From positions 17,065 through 81,064 of the forward strand of contig DATALD010000012.1 in assembly GCA_036261255.1 (NCBI GenBank): DNA of 64,000 nucleotides, read 5' to 3'. Shown here piece by piece: positions 1 to 8,863 of this stretch; position 1 is the first letter of the stretch; each line of letters opens with the position of its first letter. Under the pieces are notes generated by a model. That model did no database searches and had not been told where the DNA came from. It saw only the letters and a program-made list of their open reading frames with translations. The position numbers were made by a program, and so were the translations under genes. Source of the stretch: Bacteroidales bacterium (lineage in GTDB: Bacteria > Bacteroidota > Bacteroidia > Bacteroidales > VadinHA17).

Positions 1-2
1 CT

Positions 3-992
3 TCTGCTGTTGCCAATGAAGGTGGGGTAGGTGTAATATCTAGTGCGGGGCTGGGAGTCCTTTACAGAGATTTCTCAACAAATTACCTTGAAGCAAGTAT
101 CTACGGTCTAAAAGAGGAGATCAGGAAAGCAAGGGAGAAGACAAAGGGCATCATCGGCATAAATGTAATGGTTGCCATGACAAATTTTGCTGATATGATT
201 AAGACATCAATATCCGAGAAAGTAGATGTTCTTATTGCCGGCGCCGGCCTCCCGCTCGATCTGCCATCGTACTTAAAGAAAGATAGTAAGACAAAGCTTA
301 TCCCCATAGTATCATCAGTTAGAGCAGCCAGGATCATCTGTGATAAGTGGAAAAACAATTATGATTACCTGCCCGATGCTATGATAGTGGAGGGTCCGAA
401 GGCAGGAGGTCATCTTGGTTTTAAGAAGGAACAGCTTACAGATAATGATTACAGCCTTGAGAAGCTTGTCCCCGAAATTGTTACCGAACTTAAGACTGTT
501 GAGGCAAAATACAATAAACGCATACCGCTTATTGCTGCAGGAGGTATTTATACAGGGGATGATATCAATAATATTATGAATCTTGGAGCATCAGGAGTGC
601 AGATGGCAACGCGTTTTGTTACGACTCACGAATGCGATGCGTCAGAGGCTTTCAAGCAAACCTATATTGATGCCGAAGAGAAGGATATTCAGATAATCTC
701 AAGTCCTGTCGGAATGCCGGGAAGAGCAATATTCTCGAATTTCATTCAGAAAGTTAAGGAAGGGAAAAAACAACCGGCAAGATGTCCTTTTAAATGTATA
801 AAAACATGCGATATAGACAGCAGTCCTTACTGCATAATTGTAGCGCTTGTAAATGCCATGAAAGGTAATTTTGAGAATGGATTTGCATTTGCAGGGAGCA
901 ATGCTTCAAGAGCAACAAAGATCTCTTCAGTGAAAGAAATTTTCCATTCCCTTGTGCAGGAGTACATGGAGAGTAAGAAGAAGGCTTTGTAA
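3..992 (+). CDS. Nitronate monooxygenase (2-nitropropane dioxygenase-like) FMN oxidoreductase, 5'-truncated by the window edge
   Basis: Frame is open from base 3 (SAVANEGGVGVISSAG...GINVM). Motifs VEGPKAGGHLG, IAAGGI, GVQMATRF and SPVGMPGRA are typical of the family. Confidence 0.9.
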   Translation, partial: SAVANEGGVGVISSAGLGVLYRDFSTNYLEASIYGLKEEIRKAREKTKGIIGINVMVAMTNFADMIKTSISEKVDVLIAGAGLPLDLPSYLKKDSKTKLIPIVSSVRAARIICDKWKNNYDYLPDAMIVEGPKAGGHLGFKKEQLTDNDYSLEKLVPEIVTELKTVEAKYNKRIPLIAAGGIYTGDDINNIMNLGASGVQMATRFVTTHECDASEAFKQTYIDAEEKDIQIISSPVGMPGRAIFSNFIQKVKEGKKQPARCPFKCIKTCDIDSSPYCIIVALVNAMKGNFENGFAFAGSNASRATKISSVKEIFHSLVQEYMESKKKAL

Positions 993-1026
993 TAAAAGAA
1001 GATTGATTATTTTTGTGGATCAAAAT

Positions 1027-1050
1027 CCTCCTTCGCTAAAGCTACGGAGG
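1027..1050. repeat. REP-like imperfect palindrome CCTCCTTCGCTAAAGCTACGGAGG
   Basis: Imperfect hairpin seen directly. It resembles small extragenic palindromes I recall in Bacteroidota (not searched). Confidence 0.5.
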
Positions 1051-1056
1051 ACGAAG

Positions 1057-1109
1057 CGGGGTGTGGCGCATCCCGATAGCTATCGGGAGGTAGCGCACTA
1101 CGGAAGTTC
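1057..1109 (+). pseudogene. Degenerate partial copy of tRNA-Pro (5' half) with an 18-bp palindrome inserted in the D-loop
   Basis: CGGGGTGTGGCGCA (1057-1070) and GGTAGCGCACTACG (1089-1102) are identical to the adjacent tRNA. TCCCGATAGCTATCGGGA (1071-1088) replaces GTT. The sequence then jumps to GAAGTTC of the T-arm. Confidence 0.8.
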
Positions 1110-1122
1110 TTTAATAATATTT

Positions 1123-1195
1123 CGGGGTGTGGCGCAGTTGGTAGCGCACTACGTTCGGGACGTAGGGGCCGGAAGTTCGAGTCTTCTCACCCCGA
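1123..1195 (+). tRNA. tRNA-Pro (anticodon CGG)
   Basis: Acceptor CGGGGTG/CACCCCG; D-arm GCGC-AGTTGGTA-GCGC; anticodon arm CTACG-TTCGGGA-CGTAG; T-arm GGAAG-TTCGAGT-CTTCT. CCA is not encoded. Confidence 0.97.
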
Positions 1196-1197
1196 CA

Positions 1198-1327
1198 AAA
1201 AGAGAAAAGCCTTTTCCGCCTTTGCGGGAAGGGCTTTGTTTTTTCAGTGCGACGAAGGCTCTGCTTTCAGGAGCAATGAAAAAACAAAGCCCCTGGTGAG
1301 CGGAGCGAACGAAGGCTTTTCTCTTTT
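1198..1327. repeat. 130-bp nested inverted-repeat element (MITE/REP-like)
   Basis: Perfect 16-bp outer IR at 1198-1213/1312-1327 and perfect 16-bp inner IR at 1231-1246/1277-1292. Confidence 0.75.
1207..1245 (+). terminator. Rho-independent terminator after tRNA-Pro
   Basis: Stem GCCTTTTCCGC-CTTT-GCGGGAAGGGC (with G-U pairs) followed by TTTGTTTTTT. Confidence 0.65.
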
Positions 1328-1392
1328 GGCATCGCCCCCCTGGAAGTCCGCCATTAACCAACATCAGGAGGTTAATGGCAATCTTCTCACCT

Positions 1393-1408
1393 TGGCATAA
1401 TTTTTGCT
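1393..1408 (+). promoter_or_regulatory. sigma54 (-24/-12) promoter
   Basis: TGGCATA-ATTT-TTGCT matches the TGGCACG-N4-TTGCW consensus with correct spacing, 32 bp before the ATG at 1441. Confidence 0.65.
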
Positions 1409-1440
1409 GTGAAATCATTAACAGCTAAACCTTAGATACC

Positions 1441-2253
1441 ATGAAAAAAATACTGGCTGTTTTCTTGCTTACACTGTTCGTCCTTTCATGTGAGAAAGAT
1501 AAAAGCAACAGAGATTTAGCTATCGAAAACATGTATGTGCCTTTGATAAGTAAGGTTTTGATTGATGGTGAAACATTTATTGAATATTCATATAATGAAT
1601 CAAATTTATTGACGGAAGAAAAAAGCAGATATCATTATACTAAACATACTTATGATAATATTAACCGGTTGGTGACCTCTGATTTTTATATGGATATTCG
1701 CCTTGCCAGTAGCAACTACAGTGTGCTTCAGGATGCTATGAACCGGACTGAATGGGTCAACCCTGAAAATACAGCGAGAATGATTTTACACCTGCTTAAA
1801 TATAATACTTTGAAAAACACAGTAAGTGTTTCCCTTATTCGTCCTGATGGCAGCAAAGATTCTACTGAATATCTTTATGAGGATGGCAGGATAGTGAAAA
1901 GGACGGGATATTATAATGGTTCAGTTTCAAACTACATTGATTATTATTATGATGATAAAGGAAATGTATTAAAAGAAACAAGGTACAATGTTTCATTGTC
2001 GGGCGATGCTGAATTAAGTACAACTACCGAGTATGAATATGATAATATGAATAATCCTTATCGATCATTCAAAAGATTACTGACACCAGGTATTTTTACA
2101 AACCCCAATAATATTATTAAAGAAACATATACAATTTATTTCGACATTGACCCATCGGTCGATAAGGTATCCGTAAAAAGGTATTCCTATGAATACAATA
2201 ATGCCGGTTATCCTGTTTCGGTAAATGGGTCGACTGTTTATGTTTATAAATAG
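1441..2253 (+). CDS. Lipoprotein with YD/RHS-like beta-strand repeats, function unknown
   Basis: Lipobox LFVLS-C. Recurrent units EYSYNESNLL, EYLYEDGRIV, DYYYDDKGNV, EYEYDNMNNP and SYEYNNAGYP. Confidence 0.75.
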   Translation: MKKILAVFLLTLFVLSCEKDKSNRDLAIENMYVPLISKVLIDGETFIEYSYNESNLLTEEKSRYHYTKHTYDNINRLVTSDFYMDIRLASSNYSVLQDAMNRTEWVNPENTARMILHLLKYNTLKNTVSVSLIRPDGSKDSTEYLYEDGRIVKRTGYYNGSVSNYIDYYYDDKGNVLKETRYNVSLSGDAELSTTTEYEYDNMNNPYRSFKRLLTPGIFTNPNNIIKETYTIYFDIDPSVDKVSVKRYSYEYNNAGYPVSVNGSTVYVYK

Positions 2254-2310
2254 AATTTTCCATCTCATGCATTAGTCTTCCATTAAATTCTGATTTCATT
2301 GTTTCCTTTC

Positions 2311-2385
2311 ACCACGGATTTCACGGAGAACACGAATTTTTCATGGATTTAATAGCATACGAATCACACGGATTGTACGGATTTT
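2311..2385. repeat. CACGGA 9-bp-period repeat array
   Basis: ACCACGGATTTCACGGAGAACACG is 23/24 identical to 8818-8841. Further CAYGGA/TACGGA units follow. Confidence 0.75.
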
Positions 2386-2516
2386 CAGGATTAAAGAGTC
2401 CTAATCCCTTAAGGTTCTCTTAGTCACTTCGTCCATAATAGTTTAGCTGCTTTGCCAGGAAAGAATCCTTTGTCTTTTTATGGAATGAATTTTGTTATAT
2501 CATTTATAAAAAAAAC

Positions 2517-2954
2517 ATGAAACGTTTTGCAGTATTTTTAATATTCATCACATTTGAAACTGTATCTTATTGCCAGATCCCGGCCAACCAAAAATCAATC
2601 TCAATAAGTAGTCTCTGGTCAAAGATTAACGAAACTACCTGGTTCCAGGATAATGGGTTTGCCGGCCAATCGTATGTTTTCTATGAAGATCATCTTGGCA
2701 AAAAACGTTGCATTTACCAGCTTCATGGTAGTGGATTATATGTTGTTATACGTGATTGTACTGATTTTGAAATTATTGATAGCCTCCGAATTAGAATTAA
2801 TAATGCTGAATTCACTTTACAAGAATCATATTTGGTGTCGGATAGCGGAACAATGAGATTGTATAGCAAAACACCTCTGGTTTATAACAGAACGGGACTT
2901 ATTGATATTGATCTTGTTAAAAGCAATGATTTTAAGGTTCGTGATATAGATTGA
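2517..2954 (+). CDS. Hypothetical secreted protein
   Basis: 145 aa with signal-peptide-like N-terminus and an A-rich pre-start region. Confidence 0.65.
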   Translation: MKRFAVFLIFITFETVSYCQIPANQKSISISSLWSKINETTWFQDNGFAGQSYVFYEDHLGKKRCIYQLHGSGLYVVIRDCTDFEIIDSLRIRINNAEFTLQESYLVSDSGTMRLYSKTPLVYNRTGLIDIDLVKSNDFKVRDID

Positions 2955-3051
2955 AACATTAAGATAAAATTTGATTTATTTCAGTTCATATTCAATTTCA
3001 GAATTACCCTGTGATCTGGTATTTCCGAATTTGTTCCTTTATTAAAACTAT

Positions 3052-5703
3052 TCATAGATTAAACCAATATGATACCTTAACGAGGAATGTGTTATGTCCC
3101 ATTGTGCTGAAAAGTTCTTTCACATCATTTCCATAGGAGAACATCCCATTCTTATCATTACTTGTCCGTCCTTGGGACCAGACAAGGTATATTGTTGATC
3201 CTGGCAAATATTCCCATCTAACAACAAGGTTAGACCGGAACTGACGAAAGTTGAAATCAGGATTTTCAAAAGAATAACCCTCCCCATCATTAACCTTATA
3301 CATGCCATTTGAATAGGTGAGCCCGGCGGGTGTGAATTCAGCAAATCGTTCTCTGAACCTTTCAGCATCAGGGTTAGTTACTCTTTTGAATGCTGAATAC
3401 TTGCCTGCTGAAATAAAAGGTTGTCCATAATATTCAATACTTAATTCAGGATTAATAGTATAGTTAATTCTGAATGTAAGGCTGCTTGTTTTTTGATTCA
3501 GCTTGCCAAATAGATACACAGGTTCACCGGCGCCGGTTACCGTTTTCACATATTGCATTTCAGAGTCCTGTATTCCATATTCCGGATCGACTGAAATGGC
3601 GATTGAATTAGTTGGCCTGTAATTTATATCGCCATAATAATTATGCCTGCTGCTGCTTTTCGCATCACCTGAACCATGGTAATTTCCAATTGAAAAGCTG
3701 AGCTTTTTTGACCTGTCAGAGCTGATATTCATATTAAAACTCTGATTACCTGGCAGCGTAAACGAAGGACCTCCTCGTAATAATGTTGTGGAAATATTTT
3801 GACCTTGTCTGTTAAACTGCCCATTTAGTTGCCATTTGTTCTTGAACTGGGCATTGAAATTGGTATTGTGATTTATTGATAGTAGCTGCCCATCAAAGTT
3901 AAAATACTCCCATAGATTGGTGTTAAGGTAAAAATTGTTGAATATCCAGAAAGGATTTCTTAGGTAGTAACCCATCCAGTTACCCTGGTAGATAACATCG
4001 GAATATCTCATGTAACCTATGTCATTGAATTCAAGGCCTGGAGAACGTACTATTATACATGTCTCAAATTGAAATCTTTTCTTACTTGACTTTCCAAATT
4101 TCAAGGTTCCGCCATAGCCTGGAAGTGAGGTAAGAGAGGAATCGACAGATAGATATCCAGCATCTGGCCTCTGATAGTACCGGGCAGATGAAAGCTGAGT
4201 TTCAGTTATTGAGCGTGTTGAGCCTCTGACATTACTGTACTCGGCATTTCCTGCGATATACCATGTCCTGTCGTTCCAATTGTGCTGAAAATCTAATCCT
4301 GCAGTATATGCTGCTGAGTGAAGAAAGTCGAGATTTGTGGATTTGATATCTCTGTTCACTGATGTTATTATAGCGCCCAGTATTGTCTGACCCTTATTTA
4401 AATCCTGTTGTATCCTTCCTGTAAAATAGTTTGTGAGAGGCTCAACAGTCTCTTTACTTCTGAACCCTGCACTATCGATCAAAGCATCTTCCCTTGAGGT
4501 CAGGCTTTCCATGATACCAACAGACAAGCCTTTCTTTGTCTTTCCCGAAATCTTAACTGCACCAAGAATTGTTGTTGATTCCGGCATCCTGATAAATGCT
4601 CCGCTTCCAACTGATGGATAGTATTGGGGATATTTACCGATCCTGCGGGAGTAAAACAGGTTGTCGGAGCTCATATTATGAATAACTATCGTCTGATCGG
4701 GCGCAAACTGATAGATATTCCGGCCTTCAATAAAGAAAGAACGTTTTTCAGAAAAATATGATTCAAATGCAGTTAGATTGACCTCAGAAGGATCGGCTTC
4801 TACCTGTCCGAAATCAGGATTAATTGTAAAATCAAGGGTGAAGTTGTTTGACAGACCAATTTTGCCATCAAGACCGGCAGAGATCTTTGAGAGTTTCCCT
4901 GTGTTGAAAGGGTCACCCTCAGTTTTCTGAAACCTCTCAGTTCGTGCCACTGTATATGGCATTAATTCAATCTGACGTTTTGGTTTTATGTTATCTATTC
5001 CATACAGTTCACCAAACAAATGAATTACCCCTGGTGACCCTTTTGGAACAAACTGCCATTGAGAACGTTCCTGAAGCCTGAAAATTTTCCTTGTTACCTG
5101 GAGACCCCATGTTTGTGAGTTATTCTTATCAAAGCGAAGCTGGCTCAAAGGTATCTTCATCTCTGCATTCCATCCGTCTTTATCGGCAGATGTCTTCATA
5201 TACCAGATGGGGTTCCAGCTATCATCCTCATTCTGACCATCCTCTGACATCGCTGCATCACTTTTTGCTCCTGAAGCAGAAGCAGAAAACAGGTAAGCGG
5301 TTCTCTTGTCATAGTGACTGTCAAATTCCACGAAGACTATATCACCACTGAAATTATCCCTTCGCGACATTATTTTACTGATCTTGCCAGGTTCATTATC
5401 AAAACAGTGGATAAACATATAGATATTATCATTGTCGTAAAGGATCTTAAAAGCAGTCTGCTGGGAGGGAGGTTTGTTTTCAACAGGTTGGGATTGGATA
5501 AAATCACTTGTCCATTCAACAAGGTTCCAGCATTCCTCATTCACATTACCGTCGATCAGAGGCTCTACTTTTGAAAAAGAGGTTTTATAAGTTCTTTTTG
5601 TTATTACTGAATCAGTTTTTTGAACAGAAAAACATGGTCTTACTAGTAAAACGAACAATAGGCAGAGAAAAAGTTTTTTCGGATTCTTTCCTGTATAATT
5701 CAT
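3052..5703 (-). CDS. DUF5916-type outer-membrane protein with N-terminal carbohydrate-binding family 9-like domain
   Basis: IDGNVNEECW, FKILYDNDNIY, WNAEMKIPLSQLRF, LDFTINPDFGQVEADP and FFSEKRSFFIEG motifs. C-terminal beta-signal KVSYWFNL. Confidence 0.85.
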   Translation of the reverse strand: MNYTGKNPKKLFLCLLFVLLVRPCFSVQKTDSVITKRTYKTSFSKVEPLIDGNVNEECWNLVEWTSDFIQSQPVENKPPSQQTAFKILYDNDNIYMFIHCFDNEPGKISKIMSRRDNFSGDIVFVEFDSHYDKRTAYLFSASASGAKSDAAMSEDGQNEDDSWNPIWYMKTSADKDGWNAEMKIPLSQLRFDKNNSQTWGLQVTRKIFRLQERSQWQFVPKGSPGVIHLFGELYGIDNIKPKRQIELMPYTVARTERFQKTEGDPFNTGKLSKISAGLDGKIGLSNNFTLDFTINPDFGQVEADPSEVNLTAFESYFSEKRSFFIEGRNIYQFAPDQTIVIHNMSSDNLFYSRRIGKYPQYYPSVGSGAFIRMPESTTILGAVKISGKTKKGLSVGIMESLTSREDALIDSAGFRSKETVEPLTNYFTGRIQQDLNKGQTILGAIITSVNRDIKSTNLDFLHSAAYTAGLDFQHNWNDRTWYIAGNAEYSNVRGSTRSITETQLSSARYYQRPDAGYLSVDSSLTSLPGYGGTLKFGKSSKKRFQFETCIIVRSPGLEFNDIGYMRYSDVIYQGNWMGYYLRNPFWIFNNFYLNTNLWEYFNFDGQLLSINHNTNFNAQFKNKWQLNGQFNRQGQNISTTLLRGGPSFTLPGNQSFNMNISSDRSKKLSFSIGNYHGSGDAKSSSRHNYYGDINYRPTNSIAISVDPEYGIQDSEMQYVKTVTGAGEPVYLFGKLNQKTSSLTFRINYTINPELSIEYYGQPFISAGKYSAFKRVTNPDAERFRERFAEFTPAGLTYSNGMYKVNDGEGYSFENPDFNFRQFRSNLVVRWEYLPGSTIYLVWSQGRTSNDKNGMFSYGNDVKELFSTMGHNTFLVKVSYWFNL

Positions 5704-5719
5704 AATTGCAGATCTAATA

Positions 5720-6361
5720 TTATCTGGTTGAGGCTTTTCTAAAATAAATATCCCCGCTTACTGTTTCGAGATTAATCAGATCCCCTCCATTATTGAGCTT
5801 TTCTGAAAGTTTTGATGGTTTCCCGTTACGGGTTTTTGCAGGTGAGAAATCAAGATTTGAATACATGTTGCCCGACACTGTCGAAAAATTGAGATCGGCG
5901 TTTTTATCAGCAGGTACCGACAGATCAATAAAACCACTGATTGATTCTACCTTCATGGCTCTGGTTTCTCCGGTTATTGTAATATCAGCATTGATTGTTT
6001 CAACTGAAAACATTGTATTTTCTGGTATAAATAACTGCCAATAAATTATAGATTCATAACAACAATTATTTTTTCCTTTGGAGTAGTTATCCTTAAATTT
6101 TGCGTTCACAATAACTGATTTTCCGTTGTCGTCGAAAGATGCTAAATAGGCATCATTGTCTTCATTATCATTAACATTAACTGATGCTTTAACATAAACC
6201 TCATTCTTATTCCATGTCTGGATACTTATTGAATCGGCGATTTGAATCTTAAGAGTAACAGCCTCTTTTCCTGTAAAGCTAATTGTTTTTTCTATTATCT
6301 TCTGTGCTTGCATTGGGCAAAAGCATAGCCACAAAACAACTAATGCAGTAATTGTTTTCAT
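5720..6361 (-). CDS. DUF4097 family beta-strand repeat protein
   Basis: Signal peptide; repeated ETINADI/ESISGFI/STVSGNM/ETVSGDI units. Confidence 0.8.
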   Translation of the reverse strand: MKTITALVVLWLCFCPMQAQKIIEKTISFTGKEAVTLKIQIADSISIQTWNKNEVYVKASVNVNDNEDNDAYLASFDDNGKSVIVNAKFKDNYSKGKNNCCYESIIYWQLFIPENTMFSVETINADITITGETRAMKVESISGFIDLSVPADKNADLNFSTVSGNMYSNLDFSPAKTRNGKPSKLSEKLNNGGDLINLETVSGDIYFRKASTR

Positions 6362-6400
6362 TTAGTTTAAATTTAAAAGTAAGAACTTAGTTAATGTTTT

Positions 6401-6435
6401 TGTGGATTACAGATTGATGCAATCCGTAATCCACA
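6401..6435. other. Intra-operon RNA hairpin between the two DUF4097 genes
   Basis: TGTGGATTAC/GTAATCCACA 10-bp IR enclosing GATTG/CAATC. Confidence 0.55.
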
Positions 6436-6446
6436 TAAACCATCTG

Positions 6447-7217
6447 TCACTGGCCTTTTCTTAGGTATATATCCCCGCTTACTGTACCGATTGAGAATTT
6501 GAATCCGCCTCCGTTAAGCGAATAATTGGTTACATTTCCTCCTATCCTTCTCATTTCTTTCTGTGATTGAGGAAAGTCGAAGTCAGAATAAATAGCTCCT
6601 GAAATAACGCTCAATCCAAGGTCAGTGGCTGTCTTTACAGGAAGGGTAATATCTATATCTCCGCTAACTGATTGTATTGATGATGCCTTAGTACTATTCA
6701 CTGTACTGAATGTTATATCTATATTCCCACTGATTGTTGAAAGGACCAGAGGACCGGTAACATTGTCGAGTTTAATATCATGACATGTTTTGATGGCAAT
6801 TTCATTCTTAATGTTTTTTATCGTTACATCGTTGTTCCTTTCACATCCGCTTGACAACTCTACCGACATGCCCTCAGGGACTTTGATGTTATATTCGCTT
6901 TCCCTGGTAAAAGGAATAAGGCAGGTAATAGTAATGATGTTTTCGGTTTTTTGTACATCGAGACCAATACCTGTATTGTCAGTTCCTGCCGGGAATATAG
7001 GCTTTAATCCTTTTGCTTTCTCAGGCATAGTAAAATCTCCCTTGTTTGCAGTGATCACAATTTCGCTTCCGCTATATCCTTCAATTGGCAATGAGCCGCT
7101 GAAGTCTTTTAAAACTACTCTTCCATCTTTTGGAGATTCAACCGAAATTTTATATTCCTGCGCAGTTATACTACTTGCTGTGAGGAGAAGAATGACAGCT
7201 ATGATACTTGTTTTCAT
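6447..7217 (-). CDS. DUF4097 family beta-strand repeat protein
   Basis: Signal peptide; STISGNI, QSVSGDI, SVISGAI and GTVSGDI repeats; NGGG motif near the C-terminus. Confidence 0.8.
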   Translation of the reverse strand: MKTSIIAVILLLTASSITAQEYKISVESPKDGRVVLKDFSGSLPIEGYSGSEIVITANKGDFTMPEKAKGLKPIFPAGTDNTGIGLDVQKTENIITITCLIPFTRESEYNIKVPEGMSVELSSGCERNNDVTIKNIKNEIAIKTCHDIKLDNVTGPLVLSTISGNIDITFSTVNSTKASSIQSVSGDIDITLPVKTATDLGLSVISGAIYSDFDFPQSQKEMRRIGGNVTNYSLNGGGFKFSIGTVSGDIYLRKGQ

Positions 7218-7293
7218 TGTTTAATCGCATATTTAATTAATTAATCAGAATTCAAACCATAACAAACCCGGAATTTGCCATGATATATTTTGA

Positions 7294-8097
7294 TCAGATA
7301 AGAACATGCAGACTATTCTCTGCAACATCTCTTACCTCTTTAAGTGTGTTCCTGTTTGATATTATCTCCTGTATTGGCTTTAGTGCACTTTTTACCTTTC
7401 TCTCTGCAAGAATATTAATAAGCGCAACCTGGACGATAGGATCAGTCTGGAGTGAAAGAGATTTTACCAATGAATCAGTCACTGCCTGCTGATCTGTAAA
7501 CTTTGATAGTGCATAAACAGACGCCAGGCGCACATTCACATTTTTATCATAATTTAAAGTTTTAACGAGTACTTCAATAACTTTGTTATCTGCGTTGCCA
7601 AGGTCGGTTGCATAATTCACAGCCTGAATCCTGTCGCTCGATGATTCATCTTTAAGCATTGTGAATAAAGCAGTTCGCTTAAGATCACTAACCTCGGAAT
7701 GAAGTTGGGCTAATTCTTTAGAAGCTATGGTGTTATTCATTTGTGTACGGACAAATAATCCTATAAATGTTCCGGCAATGAGAAGAGCAATTCCTGCAGC
7801 AATCCTGTATCCGGCAATGTTATACCATGGAATAGCGGGCTTTAGCAATGATCTGTTTTTATCTTCTTCCTTTTTGATCTCATTATGAAGCATGTGATAG
7901 AAATTGATCCGAAGTGATTCATCCGGCTGTTCCATTTCATTTTTTGACATTGCATTGAGAATCTTCTGACCTTCTTTAAATTCATCAAGGCAGCTCTCAC
8001 AAGTTTCAAGATGTTTTTCAATCTCTCTTCTTGTTTCTTCATCGAGATTATTATCGAGGTAATCTGTCATACGTATTCCAACTTCTTCGCATTTCAT
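7294..8097 (-). CDS. Zinc-finger (ZAS/zf-HC2) anti-sigma factor with one TM helix and periplasmic HEAT-like repeats
   Basis: MKC...HLETCESC (HxxxCxxC); TM segment IAAGIALLIAGTFIGLF; RIQAV, NVRLASVYAL and VQVALINIL HEAT-like helices. Confidence 0.85.
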   Translation of the reverse strand: MKCEEVGIRMTDYLDNNLDEETRREIEKHLETCESCLDEFKEGQKILNAMSKNEMEQPDESLRINFYHMLHNEIKKEEDKNRSLLKPAIPWYNIAGYRIAAGIALLIAGTFIGLFVRTQMNNTIASKELAQLHSEVSDLKRTALFTMLKDESSSDRIQAVNYATDLGNADNKVIEVLVKTLNYDKNVNVRLASVYALSKFTDQQAVTDSLVKSLSLQTDPIVQVALINILAERKVKSALKPIQEIISNRNTLKEVRDVAENSLHVLI

Positions 8098-8107
8098 AAT
8101 TTCTCAA

Positions 8108-8647
8108 TTAAACCTGTTTAAAATATATAACCCTCAATTGACGGATTGCCCTGTGCATTGCTACTTTAATCGCTGGAACTGATTGATTTACTATCTGGGA
8201 AATCTCATCGTATTTTAGTCCCTGGTACCTGCTTAGTATTATCAACTCCTTTTGTTCGCTACTTAAGGCAGCAATTGATCGCTCAAGTCTTTCGTAATCA
8301 TCCTCGGGAAAACCTTCATTTTCATCGCTGACATCAATGGGGTAGGAGTCGACATTCTTAAAGAGCTCACCTGATCTTTTTTCTTCTTTACAATAATCAA
8401 TATGCAGATTCCTCGCCATCTGATAGATCCATGATTTAACACTGTACTCGTTCTTGTAGGTGTTTTTATACCTGATCATTCTGTAAAATAAATTCTGCGT
8501 CAGGTCCTGGCTTATCAGTTTGTTTCGTGTCAGCTTAAGAAAATAATTATAAAGCCTTACATTGTAGCGTTCAAAGAGCACTGACATCTCCGACAGATTC
8601 CCATCCTTTACATTCTGCATTATTATTTCATCATCTAAATCTGCCAC
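8108..8647 (-). CDS. ECF-type RNA polymerase sigma factor
   Basis: DLTQNLFYRM and WIYQMARNLHIDY (region 2); GLKYDEISQIVNQSVPAIKVAMHRA (region 4). GTG start; adjacent anti-sigma gene. Confidence 0.93.
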   Translation of the reverse strand: MADLDDEIIMQNVKDGNLSEMSVLFERYNVRLYNYFLKLTRNKLISQDLTQNLFYRMIRYKNTYKNEYSVKSWIYQMARNLHIDYCKEEKRSGELFKNVDSYPIDVSDENEGFPEDDYERLERSIAALSSEQKELIILSRYQGLKYDEISQIVNQSVPAIKVAMHRAIRQLRVIYFKQV

Positions 8648-8816
8648 GGTCTAAGTATTGTTTCTGATATGATTACTTATAAAGTTACAAATGGTTACAG
8701 GCAAAACAGGTGTTTTTATTAAATACTTAATAAAGTCACTGTCAACCAGCATTTTATTTCTCGTAGAGATACAAAGACGCAAAGCCAGATTCAATCTGTC
8801 CCTCCATCCTCCTTCT

Positions 8817-8863
8817 AACCACGGATATCACGGAGAACACGGAGAACACGGATATTTCACGGA
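8817..8863. repeat. CACGGA repeat array (5 copies, periods 9, 9, 9, 11)
   Basis: CACGGA at 8820, 8829, 8838, 8847 and 8858. The last copy overlaps the MarR stop codon. Confidence 0.8.

Noticed and set aside
952-1418. ORFs 952..1299 (+) and 1149..1418 (-)
   Set aside because: They run across the tRNA, pseudo-tRNA and hairpins and have no protein-like motifs.
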